The notes under the pieces: model-generated | Told to the model about the DNA's origin: nothing | Database searches by the model: none | What the model saw: only the letters and a program-made list of their open reading frames with translations | NCBI RefSeq assembly: GCF_009914755.1 | Contig: NC_060929.1 | DNA from: the human T2T-CHM13v2.0 reference genome, Homo sapiens | Direction: 5' to 3' (one strand) | Length of the DNA: 64,000 bases | Part shown: in pieces, positions 39,264 to 56,070 of the stretch | How positions within the stretch are numbered: position 1 is the stretch's first letter | How the letters are laid out: each line of letters begins with the position of its first letter | Position numbers and translations under genes: made by a program

Positions 39264-39900
39264 CCACCTAAATTTTCTATGCTGATTATGCTTATTTTTC
39301 ATTCTCCTTCATTAGAAAGTTTGGAAACAACTTTTTATGCCATTTTTTTAAAATTTAAGGGTTTTAATTTAAATCTCAAGTGGTTCTTTTTCTTTCATGT
39401 ATTATGAAGAATTATTTAGTCATTAAACTGTCTCCTTTGTAAATAATACTACAAACATTCAGACTGGAAAAACCCTGTTATCCTGACGGTAAGTAAACAT
39501 TAAATGCTCATGAGTAAATATTTTACACCCAAATATTAATAGGCAATTATCTTCCAGAAGACATATTGATAAAAGTCTTTCAATGATGTGAAACAAGGTA
39601 ATAGATAATTGTATTTATTATAGCTATTTGCTTCAGTTACACTCTAAAGTTAATTTTGTTCTGCCTAATGTTATTTTAATTAAATATACACTGCAAGTAG
39701 GTCAATGTTGTTAGATGTTGGGTCAATATAGTTATGAGGCAGTTTATATTTATAATGACTCTCTTGCTTCTTTCTAGCAACATTTAATGATCTATAAATT
39801 AAAACAGAATTGGATAGCCTCTTGAATTGTTCTAAGAATTTTCTTCAAGAGATAAACATTCAAAGTAGATTAACAACCAATGAGTGGAATTGTGAGCTGA

Positions 39901-40134
39901 TGTGTGCATATGTGTGTGTGTGTGTATATATGTGTGTGTGTTTGTGTATATGTGTGTATATACATATGTGTTTGTGTATACATATATGTGTGTATATATG
40001 TGCGTATATATGTGTGTGTTTGTGTATGTGTATATACACACACATATATGTTTAGATGTATATATGTATACATATATATGTATATATACAGTATATATAC
40101 ACACACACGTATATATGTGTATATGTGTGTGTGT
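39901..40134. repeat. Compound (TG)n/(TA)n low-complexity tract
   Basis: Read directly. It is the source of the spurious ORFs here. Confidence 0.95.
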
Positions 40135-40585
40135 AATTATCCCTTGCAACCACACTAACCTCAAAGGAGGTGAAGTCATTTGCCAGAAAAAAAATTATAT
40201 AAAACCTTTAAGGGTTGTGCTTTTTCAAGTCAAGAGAGAATATCATTAAAAGATGATAGAAACTAGGTGACAACAATAATGAGTTGAAGAAGGAAATCCT
40301 CAGTAACCACCAAAGTTGTAGATATAGAGTCTCAAAATCATTATTTCACTGAATGAGCAAGAATTTTGTGTCCACCTTCACAAGTTTAAAGATGATGTCT
40401 ACAGATTAAACTTCAAGAAGGCCCTCCCAACTAGAAGGTCCTATCAACTTGACCATCACATTTCAATCATACAACTGAGTAGTTGATAAACATACAGAAA
40501 TATCAAACTGATAACAGTATGACCTAATATTTCTTGATCAGACAGAATAACATTTATGTCTGGGACATATAAAAGAGTGGTTCTG

Positions 40586-40896
<311 letters not shown>

Positions 40897-41223
40897 AGTT
40901 CCACCATGGTCACAGCCTAAGTATCATCTTCTTGTTTATTTGTAAGTTTGGATATGCTGTAACATCCTAAAATAGAAGAAAAAAATGTATACCATAGCTT
41001 TAGGATTTAATGTTCTTTTTTATTATTATTCTACTTTAAGTTTTAGGGTACATGTGCAGAACGTGCAGGTTTGTTACATACGTATACATGTGCCATGTTG
41101 GTGTGCTACACCTATTAACTCGTCACTTAGCATTAGGTATATCTCCTAATGCTCTCCCTCCCGCCCACCCAACAGTCCCCAGTGTGTGATGTTCCCCTTC
41201 CTGTGTCCATGTGTTCTCATTGT

Positions 41224-45048
<3,825 letters not shown>

Positions 45049-45111
45049 TATGATGTTAGCTGGTTATTTTGTACGTTAGTTGATGCAGTTTCTTCCTATT
45101 CTTGATGGTCT

Positions 45112-46128
45112 TTACAATTTGGCATGTTTTTGCAGTGGCTGGTACCAGCTGTTCCTTTCCATGTTTAGTGCTTCCTTCAGGAGCTCTTTTAGGGCAGGCC
45201 TGGTGGTGACAAAATCTCTCAGCATTTGCTTGTCTGTAAAGTATTTTATTTCTCCTTCACTTATGAAGCTTAGTTTGGCTGGATATGAAATTCTGGGTTG
45301 AAAAATTCATTTCTTTAAGAATGTTGAATATTGGCCCCCACTCTCTTCTGGCTTGTAGAGTTTCTGCCAAGAGATCCGCTGTTAGTCTGATGGGCTTCCC
45401 TTTGTGGGTAACCCGACCTTTCTCTCTGGCTGCCCTTAACATTTTTTCCTTCATTTCAACTTTGGTGAATCTGACAAGTATGTGTCTTGGAGTTGCTTTT
45501 CTCGAGGAGTATCTTTGTGGCATTGTCTGTATTTCCTGAATTTGAATGTTGGCCTGCCTTGCTAGATTGGGGAAGTTCTCCTGGATAATATCCTGCAGAG
45601 TGTTTTCCAAGTTGCTTCCATTATCTCCATCACTTTCAGGTACACCAATTAGACGTAGATTTGGTCTTTTTACATAGTCCCATATTTCTTGGAGGCTTTG
45701 TTCGTTTCTTTTTATTCTTTTTTCTCTAAACTTCTCTTCACACTTCATTTCTTTCATTTCGTCTTCCATCGCTGATACCCTTTCTTCCAGTTCATAACAT
45801 CTGTTACTGAGACTTGTGCATTCATCACGTAGTTCTCATGCTGTGGTTTTCAGCTCCATCAGGTCCTTTAAGGACTTCTTTGCATTGGTTATTCTAGTTA
45901 TCTATTCGTCTAATTTTTTTCAAACTTTTTAACTTCTTTGCCATTGGTTCGAACTTCCTCCTTCAGCTCGGAGTAGTTTGATCTTCTGAAGCCTTCCTCT
46001 CTCAACTTTTCGAAGTCATTCTCCGTCCAGCTTTGTTCCGTTGCTGGTGAGGAGCTGCATTCCTTTGCAGGAGGAGAGGTGCTCTGATTTTTAGAGTTTC
46101 CGGTTTTTCTGCTTTGTTTTTTCCCCAT
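45112..46128 (-). pseudogene. L1 ORF1, frameshifted
   Basis: Starts MGKKQSRK and contains YVKRPNLRLIGVPE and ARREWG. The frame shifts near 45915 and 45300; the total span is 1017 nt. Confidence 0.93.
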
Positions 46129-46703
46129 GTTTGTGGTTTTATCTACCTTTGGTCTTTGATGATGGTGACTTACAGATGGGTTTTTGGTGTGGATGTCCTT
46201 TCTGTTTGTTAGTTTTCCTTCTAACAGTCAGGACCCTCAGCTGCAGGTCTGTTGGAGTTTACTCGAGGTCCACTCCAGAGCCTGTTTGCCTGGGTATCAG
46301 CAGCGGTGGCTGCAGAACAGCAGATATTGCTGAACCGCAAATGCTGCTGCCTGATCGTTCCTCTGGAAGTTTTGTCTCAGAGGAGTACCCAGCCGTGTGA
46401 GGTGTCAGTCTGCCCCTACTGGGGGGTGCCTCCCAGTTAGGTTACTCGGGGGTCAGGGACCCACTTGAGGAGGCAGTCTGGCCGTTCTCAGATCTCAAGC
46501 TGCATGCTGGGAGAACCACTACTCTCTTCAATGCTGTCAGACAGGGACATTTAAGTCTGCAGAGGTTATTGCTGTCTTTTGTTTGTCTGTGCCCTGCCCC
46601 CAGAGGTGGAGCCTACAGAGGCTGGCAGGCCTCCTTGAGCTGTGGTGGGCTCCACCCAGTTCGAGCTTCCTGGCCGCTTTGTTTACCTACTCAAGCCTAA
46701 GCA

Positions 46704-46817
46704 ATGGCAGGCGCCCCTCCCCCAGCCTGGCTGCCACCTTGCAGTTTGATCTCAGACTGCTGTGCTAGCAATGAGGAAGGCTCTGTGGGCGTACGACCCT
46801 CTGAGCCAGGTGCATGA
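46704..46817 (+). pseudogene. L1 antisense ORF0, truncated at codon 38
   Basis: Manual translation gives MAGAPPPAWLPPCSLISDCCASNEEGSVGVRPSEPGA*, matching the primate ORF0 N-terminus. Confidence 0.85.
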
Positions 46818-48332
46818 TATAATCTCCTGGTGTGCCATTTGATAAGCCCATTGGAAAAGTGCAGTATTAGGGTGGGAGTGACCCAATTCTCCAGGTGCCA
46901 TCTGTCACCCCTTTCTTTGACTAGGAAAGGGAATTCCCTGACCCCTTGCACTTCCTGGGGGAGGTGATGCCTCGCCCTGCTTCGGCTCACACATGGTGCG
47001 CTGCACCCACTGTCCTGCACCCACTGTCCAGCACTTCCCAGTGAGATAAACCCGGTACCTCAGTCGGAAATGCAGAAATCACTCGTCTTCTGCGTTGCTC
47101 ATGCTGGGAGCTGTAAACTGGAGCTGCTCCTATTTGGCAATCTTGGCTCTACCCCAGGTTTTAATGTTAAAGGCAGTCTCTTTCTAGGGCATGGGAATGC
47201 AATGGAAGTAAATCTCTTCCTACACAAATCCTCTTACTAAATGTAAAACTAACTTTTAGATCTGTTGAATCATCCTTTTGAATCACAGGTTCTATTTGAA
47301 AAATATAATAGAATGTCTCACAAATAAGTGCATTATCATCTAAAAGATAGCAAAATGTCTGAAATTGTAGAAAACAAAGTTCCAGAAATGTGTTTACTCA
47401 CTAAGTACATTCTACAGCCCTACCTGTATCTGGTATTAAAGACAGTCACAGGGAATATAGCAGTAATGATCCAAAGCATTTGAAATAGGAACTTCTTGCT
47501 TTCGTGGAACTATTAATTTACTGGGAAAGACAAGAGATGCAGAACAACCATGACATGAAGATATAAATGTTCAGAACTAAGAGAGTGGTATGGTGTGATA
47601 CAAATTTAGGTCATGAAAAAGGCTATTCCTATTAGCTTTGAAATGCCCACGTATGTTCAAGCATCCATCATTAATTCTATGCATATTCATATTTTGGTGT
47701 ATAAGCCAAATATTTTGTAACTTGTGGTGTGTTAATTTTCTATAATGTTAATACTTTGACAAAGGAAGAATATAGCATGAGGGAAGTAGAGAGGAAGCTA
47801 GTAAAGTTGCATGTTTCTGAAAGGGCCCAACTCAGCCAACAAAAAATTTCAATTCAAATGTTAGTTAGTATGGTTATCAGTCCTATTCTTAATATTATTA
47901 AGAACCATCCCCCAGACCCACACCAAGATATAATTGAAGCTGCTATATTCTAAATATAGGTCAACATTTCCTAAATTGCATTCTGCAGAGTACTAACTCT
48001 GTGAAACATTTTTTAGGGTTATATTTTTAAAAAAATTTCTTCCACTGTTAAGTAGGTTTGAGAAATGCTGGCTTCATCATTCAGGGAAAGTCTTCAAGAC
48101 TTTTCTGAGTCTTTAATATAATTATCCAATGTGGGGGACATAGCAATGGCACAACTCATTTGAGGACAGAATTCTTTTTCTCTTTGTTCATTGCTACACA
48201 ATTTTTCTAAGGTACACAATTTGAACTCCTAAATGGATGCCTAAGGAAATTCTATTAAGCTCAAGACTAGAAACACGAAATTGGCTAGAATTCACTCCCT
48301 TGTTGTCCCTGGCTGGGTCATTTAAGCCAACG

Positions 48333-48352
48333 TCTGTCTATCTATCTATCTG

Positions 48353-48401
<49 letters not shown>

Positions 48402-48518
48402 TTATCTATCTATCTATCATCTGTCTGTCTGTCTGCCTATCTATCTATCTCTATCTATCTATGTGCCTGCCTGTCTGTCTATCCATCCATCCATTCATCC
48501 ATTCATCCATCTCTCTAT
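48333..48518. repeat. Compound (TCTA)/(TCTG)/(TCCA) STR
   Basis: Read directly from the sequence. Confidence 0.95.
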
Positions 48519-49060
48519 TATTTTTCTCTATTTATAAGACTTATGGGAAGTCAGATGGCACAGCACCAGGTTCCTTGAGATTAAGGCAGGTAGAGTTTTT
48601 CCAGAAGCTACAGTATTATTGGCACTAACATTATTTTTCTTAGGACAGACATGATCTGACATGGTAATCCAGGCTCTGAGGAGGAAAGTGGGTTACTGAA
48701 AGAAAATATGAATTGAAGATAATGTTTAGATTCAACGTGGTTTGCTTTAGTTTGCTTTTCTCTCTGAAATAAGAATTTAAACAAAGGCATTTTATAATAT
48801 AGACATCGACACATATATAATCAAGGTTCATCTTGTTCTTGAAGGAAAGAGAGCTGCATTCCAAGGAGGCTTGAAGCATGATTTATTGAAATATATTTCA
48901 TTATGTATCACACTATGAATTCTGCATAGCAGGGCACTCTACTAATGATCATCTTTCTGAGTATTAACTCTACATTTTTATTTCCTTTTCTGTCATTCTC
49001 CCCAGTGCAATTTTTTCTTATGTTGCTGTGACTCAACAGGGTATTGGTTTGAGTAGCTAC

Positions 49061-49296
49061 CAGGACTGGCATTAGGGTGAAAATAGGTAGTAAGGTCCTG
49101 ACCTCAGGGACAGAATAAGGAGATACCAAAATAACAAGCAAACCAGAAATTAAGATAAACAATATTTTAATGAAATATTTTAAAAGTCAAAATTAATGTC
49201 AAACATCTATGACAAACAAAACATAAACATTTTGAAAAATCATAGTGCTGATGTTTTAGTTTTGCCTTAGGCTCCAGTACGGCTCTGCATGGCATC
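49061..49296. mobile_element. Probable hAT-type MER remnant
   Basis: GC-richer ends (caggactggc...; ttgccttaggctccagtacggctc) around an AT-rich core. Family unresolved. Confidence 0.35.
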
Positions 49297-50694
49297 AGTA
49301 GAAGCCTCTTTAATCAGAATTTCCCTGGGATGCACTCTGTCAACCTTGCATCTGAGGATGTTCGGTTGCCATAAGTTGATTTTTACATAACTGGTAGGAA
49401 CAAAGACATTTGAAAACAGTTTACTTCAGTCATTTAAGGTGTTATTTTGTTAACGGCCATTAAGAACTCAGTAGCTAGATTAAACTGATTGTTTTCTTTC
49501 TCTCTAAACTGGTTTGTGAATATATAAACCCTACATTATAGATCAACAAAAAATATAAATATTACTTATTAGCATTCTCATGGAAAGCTCAAAGTCCAGG
49601 AAAGTTAACACACGGTCAAATAAATAGCATCAGATTCTGAACACTTCTAAGTTGCCTTTTCCACACTCAGGGTAAACCTTATTTTTGGCAAATAAAAAGC
49701 AAAAATCACGACACTAACTTTTTTTTTTTTACTTTTATAAATGCGTTAGAACTATTTTGATAATTTTTCTAATGGTTAGAATGAGGGATTTGGTTAGTTT
49801 TGTCTAAATAAGTCTTATGAACCATTATTCTACTGCCCTCTATTGTTTCATAGTGAATAATAATGTCCTTGAGCAGGATCAAGTATAAAGTAAAATATCT
49901 TTGACGGAGCTGTCATATATAACTGTCTCTATGTATTTATTAATAACCTAGAATATCTCCTGGAAGGCAAAACATATGTGGTTTGTCTTTGGAAATTTAC
50001 GATTCACTAGGATTTTTGTAAAATGTTGACAGTCATACTTCAGCACAAAATATTAAAATTAACTACATTTAGTTTACTTATTTCGATAAAAATAGTACGT
50101 TTAAAAATAACTGTTGAAATATAGAAATGTACAAAAAATATCAAAGTTCTCTAAATCTTATATCCAGAGATAAACACTAATGAAAATTGACTCCATTCTT
50201 TCTGAGTTTACTGTACACAATTTTAGTTAAAAAAAAATCACTACCAAATATTGCTAAGTAAACTTTTGTCTTTACGCAACCAGTCTATTTTTCTTCTCAA
50301 TCAGTTCTTGTTAATATTTTCAGTGGTCAATTGATTAAGAAAATTGCCCATGAGGACTCTTGCTAGGAACAATGAGGGCTACTAAAAAAAATAAAACTAC
50401 TCGGTAACCTCGAGTAGCATATGACAAGTATGGTTGAAACAACCCACTAAAGAACATGAATGGCAGCATGACGTTCTAAAAATGAATCACAACTAAAGAA
50501 ATAAGAAGCAGAGTAGCAAATGTAGTGTAGCTCACTTCTGCTGTGTGATGATTATGAAAGGCTTTTCTATTTTGGAGAAAGCATGGATGAAGGGGAGGCA
50601 AAGGGCATTATTGCAGGTGTCATGTGAAGACTGAGTAAAGCCGAGCATGAGTCTTACTGAGAGTAGTGGAGAAAGGAAGAATAAAGAAGAAAGA

Positions 50695-51007
50695 GGCCGG
50701 GCACGGTGGCTCTACGTCTGTAATCCCAGCACTTTGGGAGGCTGAGGCGGCTGGATCACAAGGTCAGGAGCTCAAGACCAGCCTGGCCAAGATGGTGAAA
50801 CCCTGTGTCTACTAAAAATACAAAAAAAAAAAAGAAAAAATAGCCAGGCATGGTGACAGGCGCCTGTAATCCCAGCTACTCAGGAGTGTGAGGCAGAAAG
50901 TTGCCTGAACCCGGGAGATGGAGGTTGTAGTGAGCCGAGATTGTGCCACTTCACTCCAGCCTGGGATACAGAGCAAGACTCCGACTCTAAATAAATAAAT
51001 AAATAAG
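50695..51007 (+). mobile_element. AluSg-like SINE
   Basis: Full dimer with an expanded mid A-linker and a (TAAA)n tail. Confidence 0.95.
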
Positions 51008-51369
51008 AAAAGAGGGAGGGAGGATCATAGAAAATACTGAGAAATACAGTATTCATATATTCAGATACGTGTTGGCATACTAAAGAGCACAGCTAATAAA
51101 AATGTCATCCATGCAAAAAAAGGAAACTTTAAATTTGATCTGAAGCACACGCAGGCAGACATTGAATTTCTGAGCAGGTGAATGATAGGGTAAAAATATA
51201 ATTTGGCCTTTGGAGATATGTGCAACTGCACAATAAATAAATGTTGACATTAACTGATCATGCAGAATGGTATTTGTAATAACACATTATTGTTAATGAT
51301 AATCTTCCTATAATTGTAATATACAGGGTAACATTTCCAACACTCCCTAGCCTGCTTAACCTGTCTGCT

Positions 51370-52680
51370 GTTTATTCATCCATTTATTCATAGGGTAAAC
51401 ATTCATTGTATATCTTATAAGTGAGGGGCATTGTTCCATATCTAACAAGAAAATGAAGATTATTTATTTATATATGTACTTGTGCTGTAGCTTTTCCCAA
51501 AAAGGATTTAAGGCAAGGAAGTGTATTAATATATGATTGCATTGTTTAAGAAGGTTATAATCCCAGTGGGGAAGATGATAGGCATGCATAATAAAACAAA
51601 TAAAAATAAAGAAATTAATGCCATAAGTGGATGTATAAAATCATTCTGTGAATGCTCAAAGGAAGGTAAAACGAATTCCAAATTCCTGAACTAAGGGAGT
51701 CTATATAAAAGATATGGTGTAAGAGTAGAGATGTGAAGTACGTAGAATTTTAACAGGGAGAACAGAGAGGAGAGGAGACGAGAGGAGAGGAGAGGAGACG
51801 AGAGGAGAGGAGGGGGAAGGAGAGGAGAGCGAGGTATCACATATACACGATATCACCCATATAAATTGAGGTATTTGGCCAGGAATACGACAGCTACAAG
51901 TAACAGCAAAACATATGAAGAGGCTACAGTCCAGGTGTATGAGACATTGGTAGGTAGTGATGAGGATGTACTCAGTGCTAGATAATGTCACAAGATTATT
52001 GAAGATATTAAATACCATATGAAGTTTGGATTTTTCATTTCTGTGAGAATAAAAGATTTTCAGGCAACCTAGGAAGAATCTATCTGATTTTATAAAGTAA
52101 TGCTAACAAGAGTATAGAAATGAAATTTAGACATAACAGTTAGGAGACAAAGGACCATAAGGAAAGTTGCTGTAATATTCCAAAGTACATATGACTAAGG
52201 CTTTAAGTTTTTGTGATGGGAAAAATGCAAAATTGAAAGTATCAACTGTATTTAGTAACTAATTTTATGAGAGAGGGTGAGTATAAGGAGTTGGTGAAAT
52301 ATGATGATGCTTCTAGCTTTAATGATCAAGAGGTCAGTGATTTCAGAAGAATCTTAGATTTTAGAAGAAAGACTACTAATTAAATTGTTTAGGGTATGGG
52401 GATTTTTTGGATTACTGTGGTATCTAAGAGGGTATATCACACACAGAACTGTAAAGAGAGATAATAAGATATTAGGACTTCAGGTACAAATTTGGAAGTC
52501 ATCTTCAGCAAGGAGATTTTAGGTTAAGCCATTGGACTGAAAACAATTTTTCAGGGAGATGTTTCTGAGCTAGAATAAATTAGGATGAAAGACATAACCT
52601 AGAGAATATCTATACTTTAAAAGCAGATAAAGGAACAGAGGCATGAAAAAGACAAAAAGAAGTGGTCATACATGCAGGAG
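51370..52680 (-). mobile_element. Degenerate L2 containing a (GAGAG)n tract at ~51764-51829
   Basis: ttattcatccattt...; gaagtttggattttt; aatttggaagtcatc; gccattggactga. Confidence 0.55.
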
Positions 52681-52905
52681 GTACAATACAATTGTGATTT
52701 ATTACTGATATATACTTCAGGTTATTAAAAAGATGTTTTTATTATATTAGACATATGTATTATATTATTCTATTAGGAATAGATATGACCCTGAGTAGCT
52801 AGCTTGATTTTATCTGAGTACTGTTATATTCTTTGGCCTATGGACAGAACTCGGATGCAAACTTGTGGTTTTAATTCTTGCAAATGTGTGGGGGCTTTTT
52901 TAAAT

Positions 52906-53670
52906 TACCTTATTTATTAAATTATCATTCAATAAAGTTGACTTTTTCAGTGTATAATTATTTGCATTAAATATACATATTTATGAAAGTATCACCACAA
53001 CCAAGATACAGAACAGTTCTGTCACCCAGAAAACTCCCTCATGCTCTATCCCACCACTTTGTAGTCATGCTCTTCCTCCACCCCATCCTCTGTTCTGTTA
53101 ATCTGTTCTTCATCAATACCATTTTTTCCAGAATATTTTATAAATAAAACCATACAGTATGTAGCCCTAAAGGACTAGCTACTTTCACTCAGCATAATGC
53201 CTTTGATTTACATGCATATTTTTTCATGTATCAATAGTTTACTCCTTTTTATTTTTGAGAAGTATCCCATTGTATAGATATACTACAATTTACCCATTTA
53301 CCCATTGAAGGATTTTGGGGGTTTTGTTCCAGTTGTTGGCAATTATGAGCAGAGTTGCTATAAATGTATGTTTTGCGTGAATATAACTTCACTTCTGTAA
53401 GGTAAACACCCAGAGAAGTTGCTGGTTCATAAGGTAATTGTATTTTTATCTATGTAATAAAGTACCAAACTGTTTTTTAGTGGCATTTTGCATTCCCAAC
53501 AGCAGTGTATGAAAATGCCAATTGTTTTACATTTTCTCAAGTACCTACTATTTTAGCCATTCTTTATTAGTGCAAAAAGGTGGTCATAATTTTCATTCCC
53601 ATAATGGCCAATGATGTTGAATATCTTTTCATTTGCTCATTTGCCATCTCTGTATACTCTTTGATAAAGT
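52906..53670 (-). mobile_element. Old L1MC-type 3' fragment
   Basis: caccacaaccaagatacagaacagttctgtcacc; ttttgcattcccaacagcagtgtatga; aatgatgttgaatatcttttcat. Confidence 0.8.
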
Positions 53671-53899
53671 TGTGTGTGAGGTTGTAAGGCCTATATTTTA
53701 CCCTCTGGCTTTATGTTATTTCCATATCTTTATCTTTGCCTCATCTTTTGGTCTTGTTTTAATTTTTTTCATTCCTTCTCTACTGTATATTCTTTTATAA
53801 GCCACTTTCAATATTCCTGGAATAAGTTTGGTGGGTAAGATGGGAGAGAAAACATAATTACATATAAATAGTTAAATATGCAAATAAGTATAATCTTTC

Positions 53900-54648
53900 C
53901 TGGTTTTAAAAACTAGAGAAAATATTAAATTCTCTCGAGGGAATTTCTAATTTACCTAATCAGATTTGTAACTATGTAGTCATATAAAGGAAGCTTGGTT
54001 GAAGATTAATCAGGAACAGAAAGACTCCTATTTTTTTCCTTACTACTTCCTTATAGATAGGACTGTTTTGATGAGGACCAAAGATAGATTGGAATCTGAA
54101 ATGTTTTAATCAATGAAATTCACATTTGCAGAAAAGTACAGGCACTTGCTATAAATTTAAACAAAATGCTTGTTTTTTCTATTTAGGACAGACTGGCATA
54201 CAGATTGTATTACGATGACCTGAAAGCCTTAGGGCAAGAGGTACCTTCTAAATAAATACAGTACTGTTATTTCCCCAGGCTCTGAAGAGAGGTTCTGGAA
54301 CATCAGCCAGAGCTTAATTAAGGAGTCTCTGCATTGCTGAAACAGTCTCTAGCAGCTTTCTCCTGGCTGCTTGAAGAACTGTCCAGCAAATGAATTGCTG
54401 AAAACCAATATGGCATTTACGCTGTAATTAGCTCAAATAAACCTGTAATAAAATGGCAGACCTTATGACTTCCATATCACATTTTCTCTCATATCACTGG
54501 TTGATGTAGAGCAATGGAAATTTTCCAAAAAGATAAAAAAAATTAAATGCCAAGTATGTTTCTGTTTTATTACCTCAAATTAACACCATATATTATGAAG
54601 TCCTAATCCCAATCTGGTTTTAAAAACTAGAGAAAATATTAAATTCTC
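53900..54648. repeat. Exact 35-bp dispersed direct repeat (53900-53934 and 54614-54648)
   Basis: CTGGTTTTAAAAACTAGAGAAAATATTAAATTCTC occurs twice with unrelated flanks. Confidence 0.95.
54187..54240 (+). other. Candidate 54-nt exon
   Basis: Acceptor cttgttttttctatttag| and weak donor GAG|gtacct. Motif evidence only. Confidence 0.2.
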
Positions 54649-55662
54649 AGGCATCACAGAATTAATCAGATATTGGCTTAGGAAATTACATGAGAATAAT
54701 GTGAGAACTTAGAGAGACAATAAAATACAGGTTAGAGAACTGAGTTGGAAGCATAAAATATTTTCTTTCAAATTTTGATGATTTTCAACCCTTTTGTGTA
54801 TAATTTAAGCAATAATTTTCATCACAATTTTATTAGATATTGATGTGGAGGAAGACTTTCAAGAAAAAAAACGCAGTGGAAAATTAAAATGTAATTATAA
54901 GGATTAGTCATTTCAAATAAAAATAAAGTTATTTCATATGGTTCTTGGATTATTGTGAAAAAATGACATATTTTTGAATTTATTAAAATTATCTTCATGC
55001 AGAGAGACATTTCTGACAGCCTTTAAATCAAGCTTAATTCAAAACCTATTAAAATACACATCTTTAAAAAGGCTTGCTGATATTAACTTTTTTACACTGA
55101 ATACATGCTTAATTTCCCTTTAATATACCTCTTTATTAATCAATATTTAAATGAAAATGCTATTTCACATTAATATCTGCCTGTGGCCAAAATTCTAATT
55201 CTCATTACCCATGTTACTATTTGCTGGAGATAATTAGAGGAAGAATGAGATATCACATAGACCCTCTTAAAATTCACAGCATACTTTACAATAATGACTT
55301 CAATGTTTTTCCATGCTCTAGAAAGCTTATGCAGCAATTATTCATTTGCTTCCATTTTCCTGTGATGCTTCATCATTGCAAACAGAAAAGAAAAGAGAAT
55401 ACAATCTGAGCAAGAAGGTGAGGTTTTGAATGCTAAAAGAAAAAGAAAAAGAAAAGAAAGAGAAGTTCTATTGGGCTCTGAGCTATTGTGAAGGAAATCA
55501 AACAAAGTGAATGATCCCAAGGGCTAGCCTTGATGCTTGCAAAATGTCAAAAAGCAGTGACTGAGTGACATTACTTGGGACTTAAAAAGAAACCTGGTGT
55601 GACTGCAATTCATAAGATCTGATGCAGGAATGGGCATCAAATCTTCCCTCTCCTTTCCTCAA

Positions 55663-55664
<2 letters not shown>

Positions 55665-55712
<48 letters not shown>
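55665..55712. repeat. Pure (AT)24 microsatellite
   Basis: Counted directly. Confidence 0.95.
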
Positions 55713-55721
<9 letters not shown>

Positions 55722-55901
55722 CAAAATAAAATGAACAGTAATTATCTATATACTCACAATTGTTAGGTTAATACTGAAAACTGAATCCTAAGTACCAAAT
55801 AAGTAGAGAAATTAAATCAAGTATTTCTTCAGGACTGGCATCAGCTTTTCAGCATAATCTTTTGAGACTGGTGATTAGTAAACTGTATCTTGTGTTACAG
55901 G

Positions 55902-56070
55902 TCAGTTATTTTCAAAGTGTGTTTTCTGGATAAGCAGCATCAGCATGACCTTGGAACTTAGACCCCAGAACTACTAAATCAGAACCTTTGCATTGGGTAT
56001 TCCAGCAATCTTCATTTTAACAAGCCCTTTTGGGGGATTCTGATGTATTCTAAAATTTTAGAACCATTGA
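55902..56070. mobile_element. MER5A-like
   Basis: ttttcaaagtgtg...agcagcatcagcat...cagcaatct..ttttaacaagccct...tgatg...ttagaaccattg. Confidence 0.75.

Noticed and set aside
35538-39285. ORFs such as [11 protein letters not shown] and LTLLPRL
   Set aside because: Standard antisense Alu translations.
50397-50417. 7-bp hairpin CTACTCG/CGAGTAG
   Set aside because: Too short to exceed chance in 64 kb.
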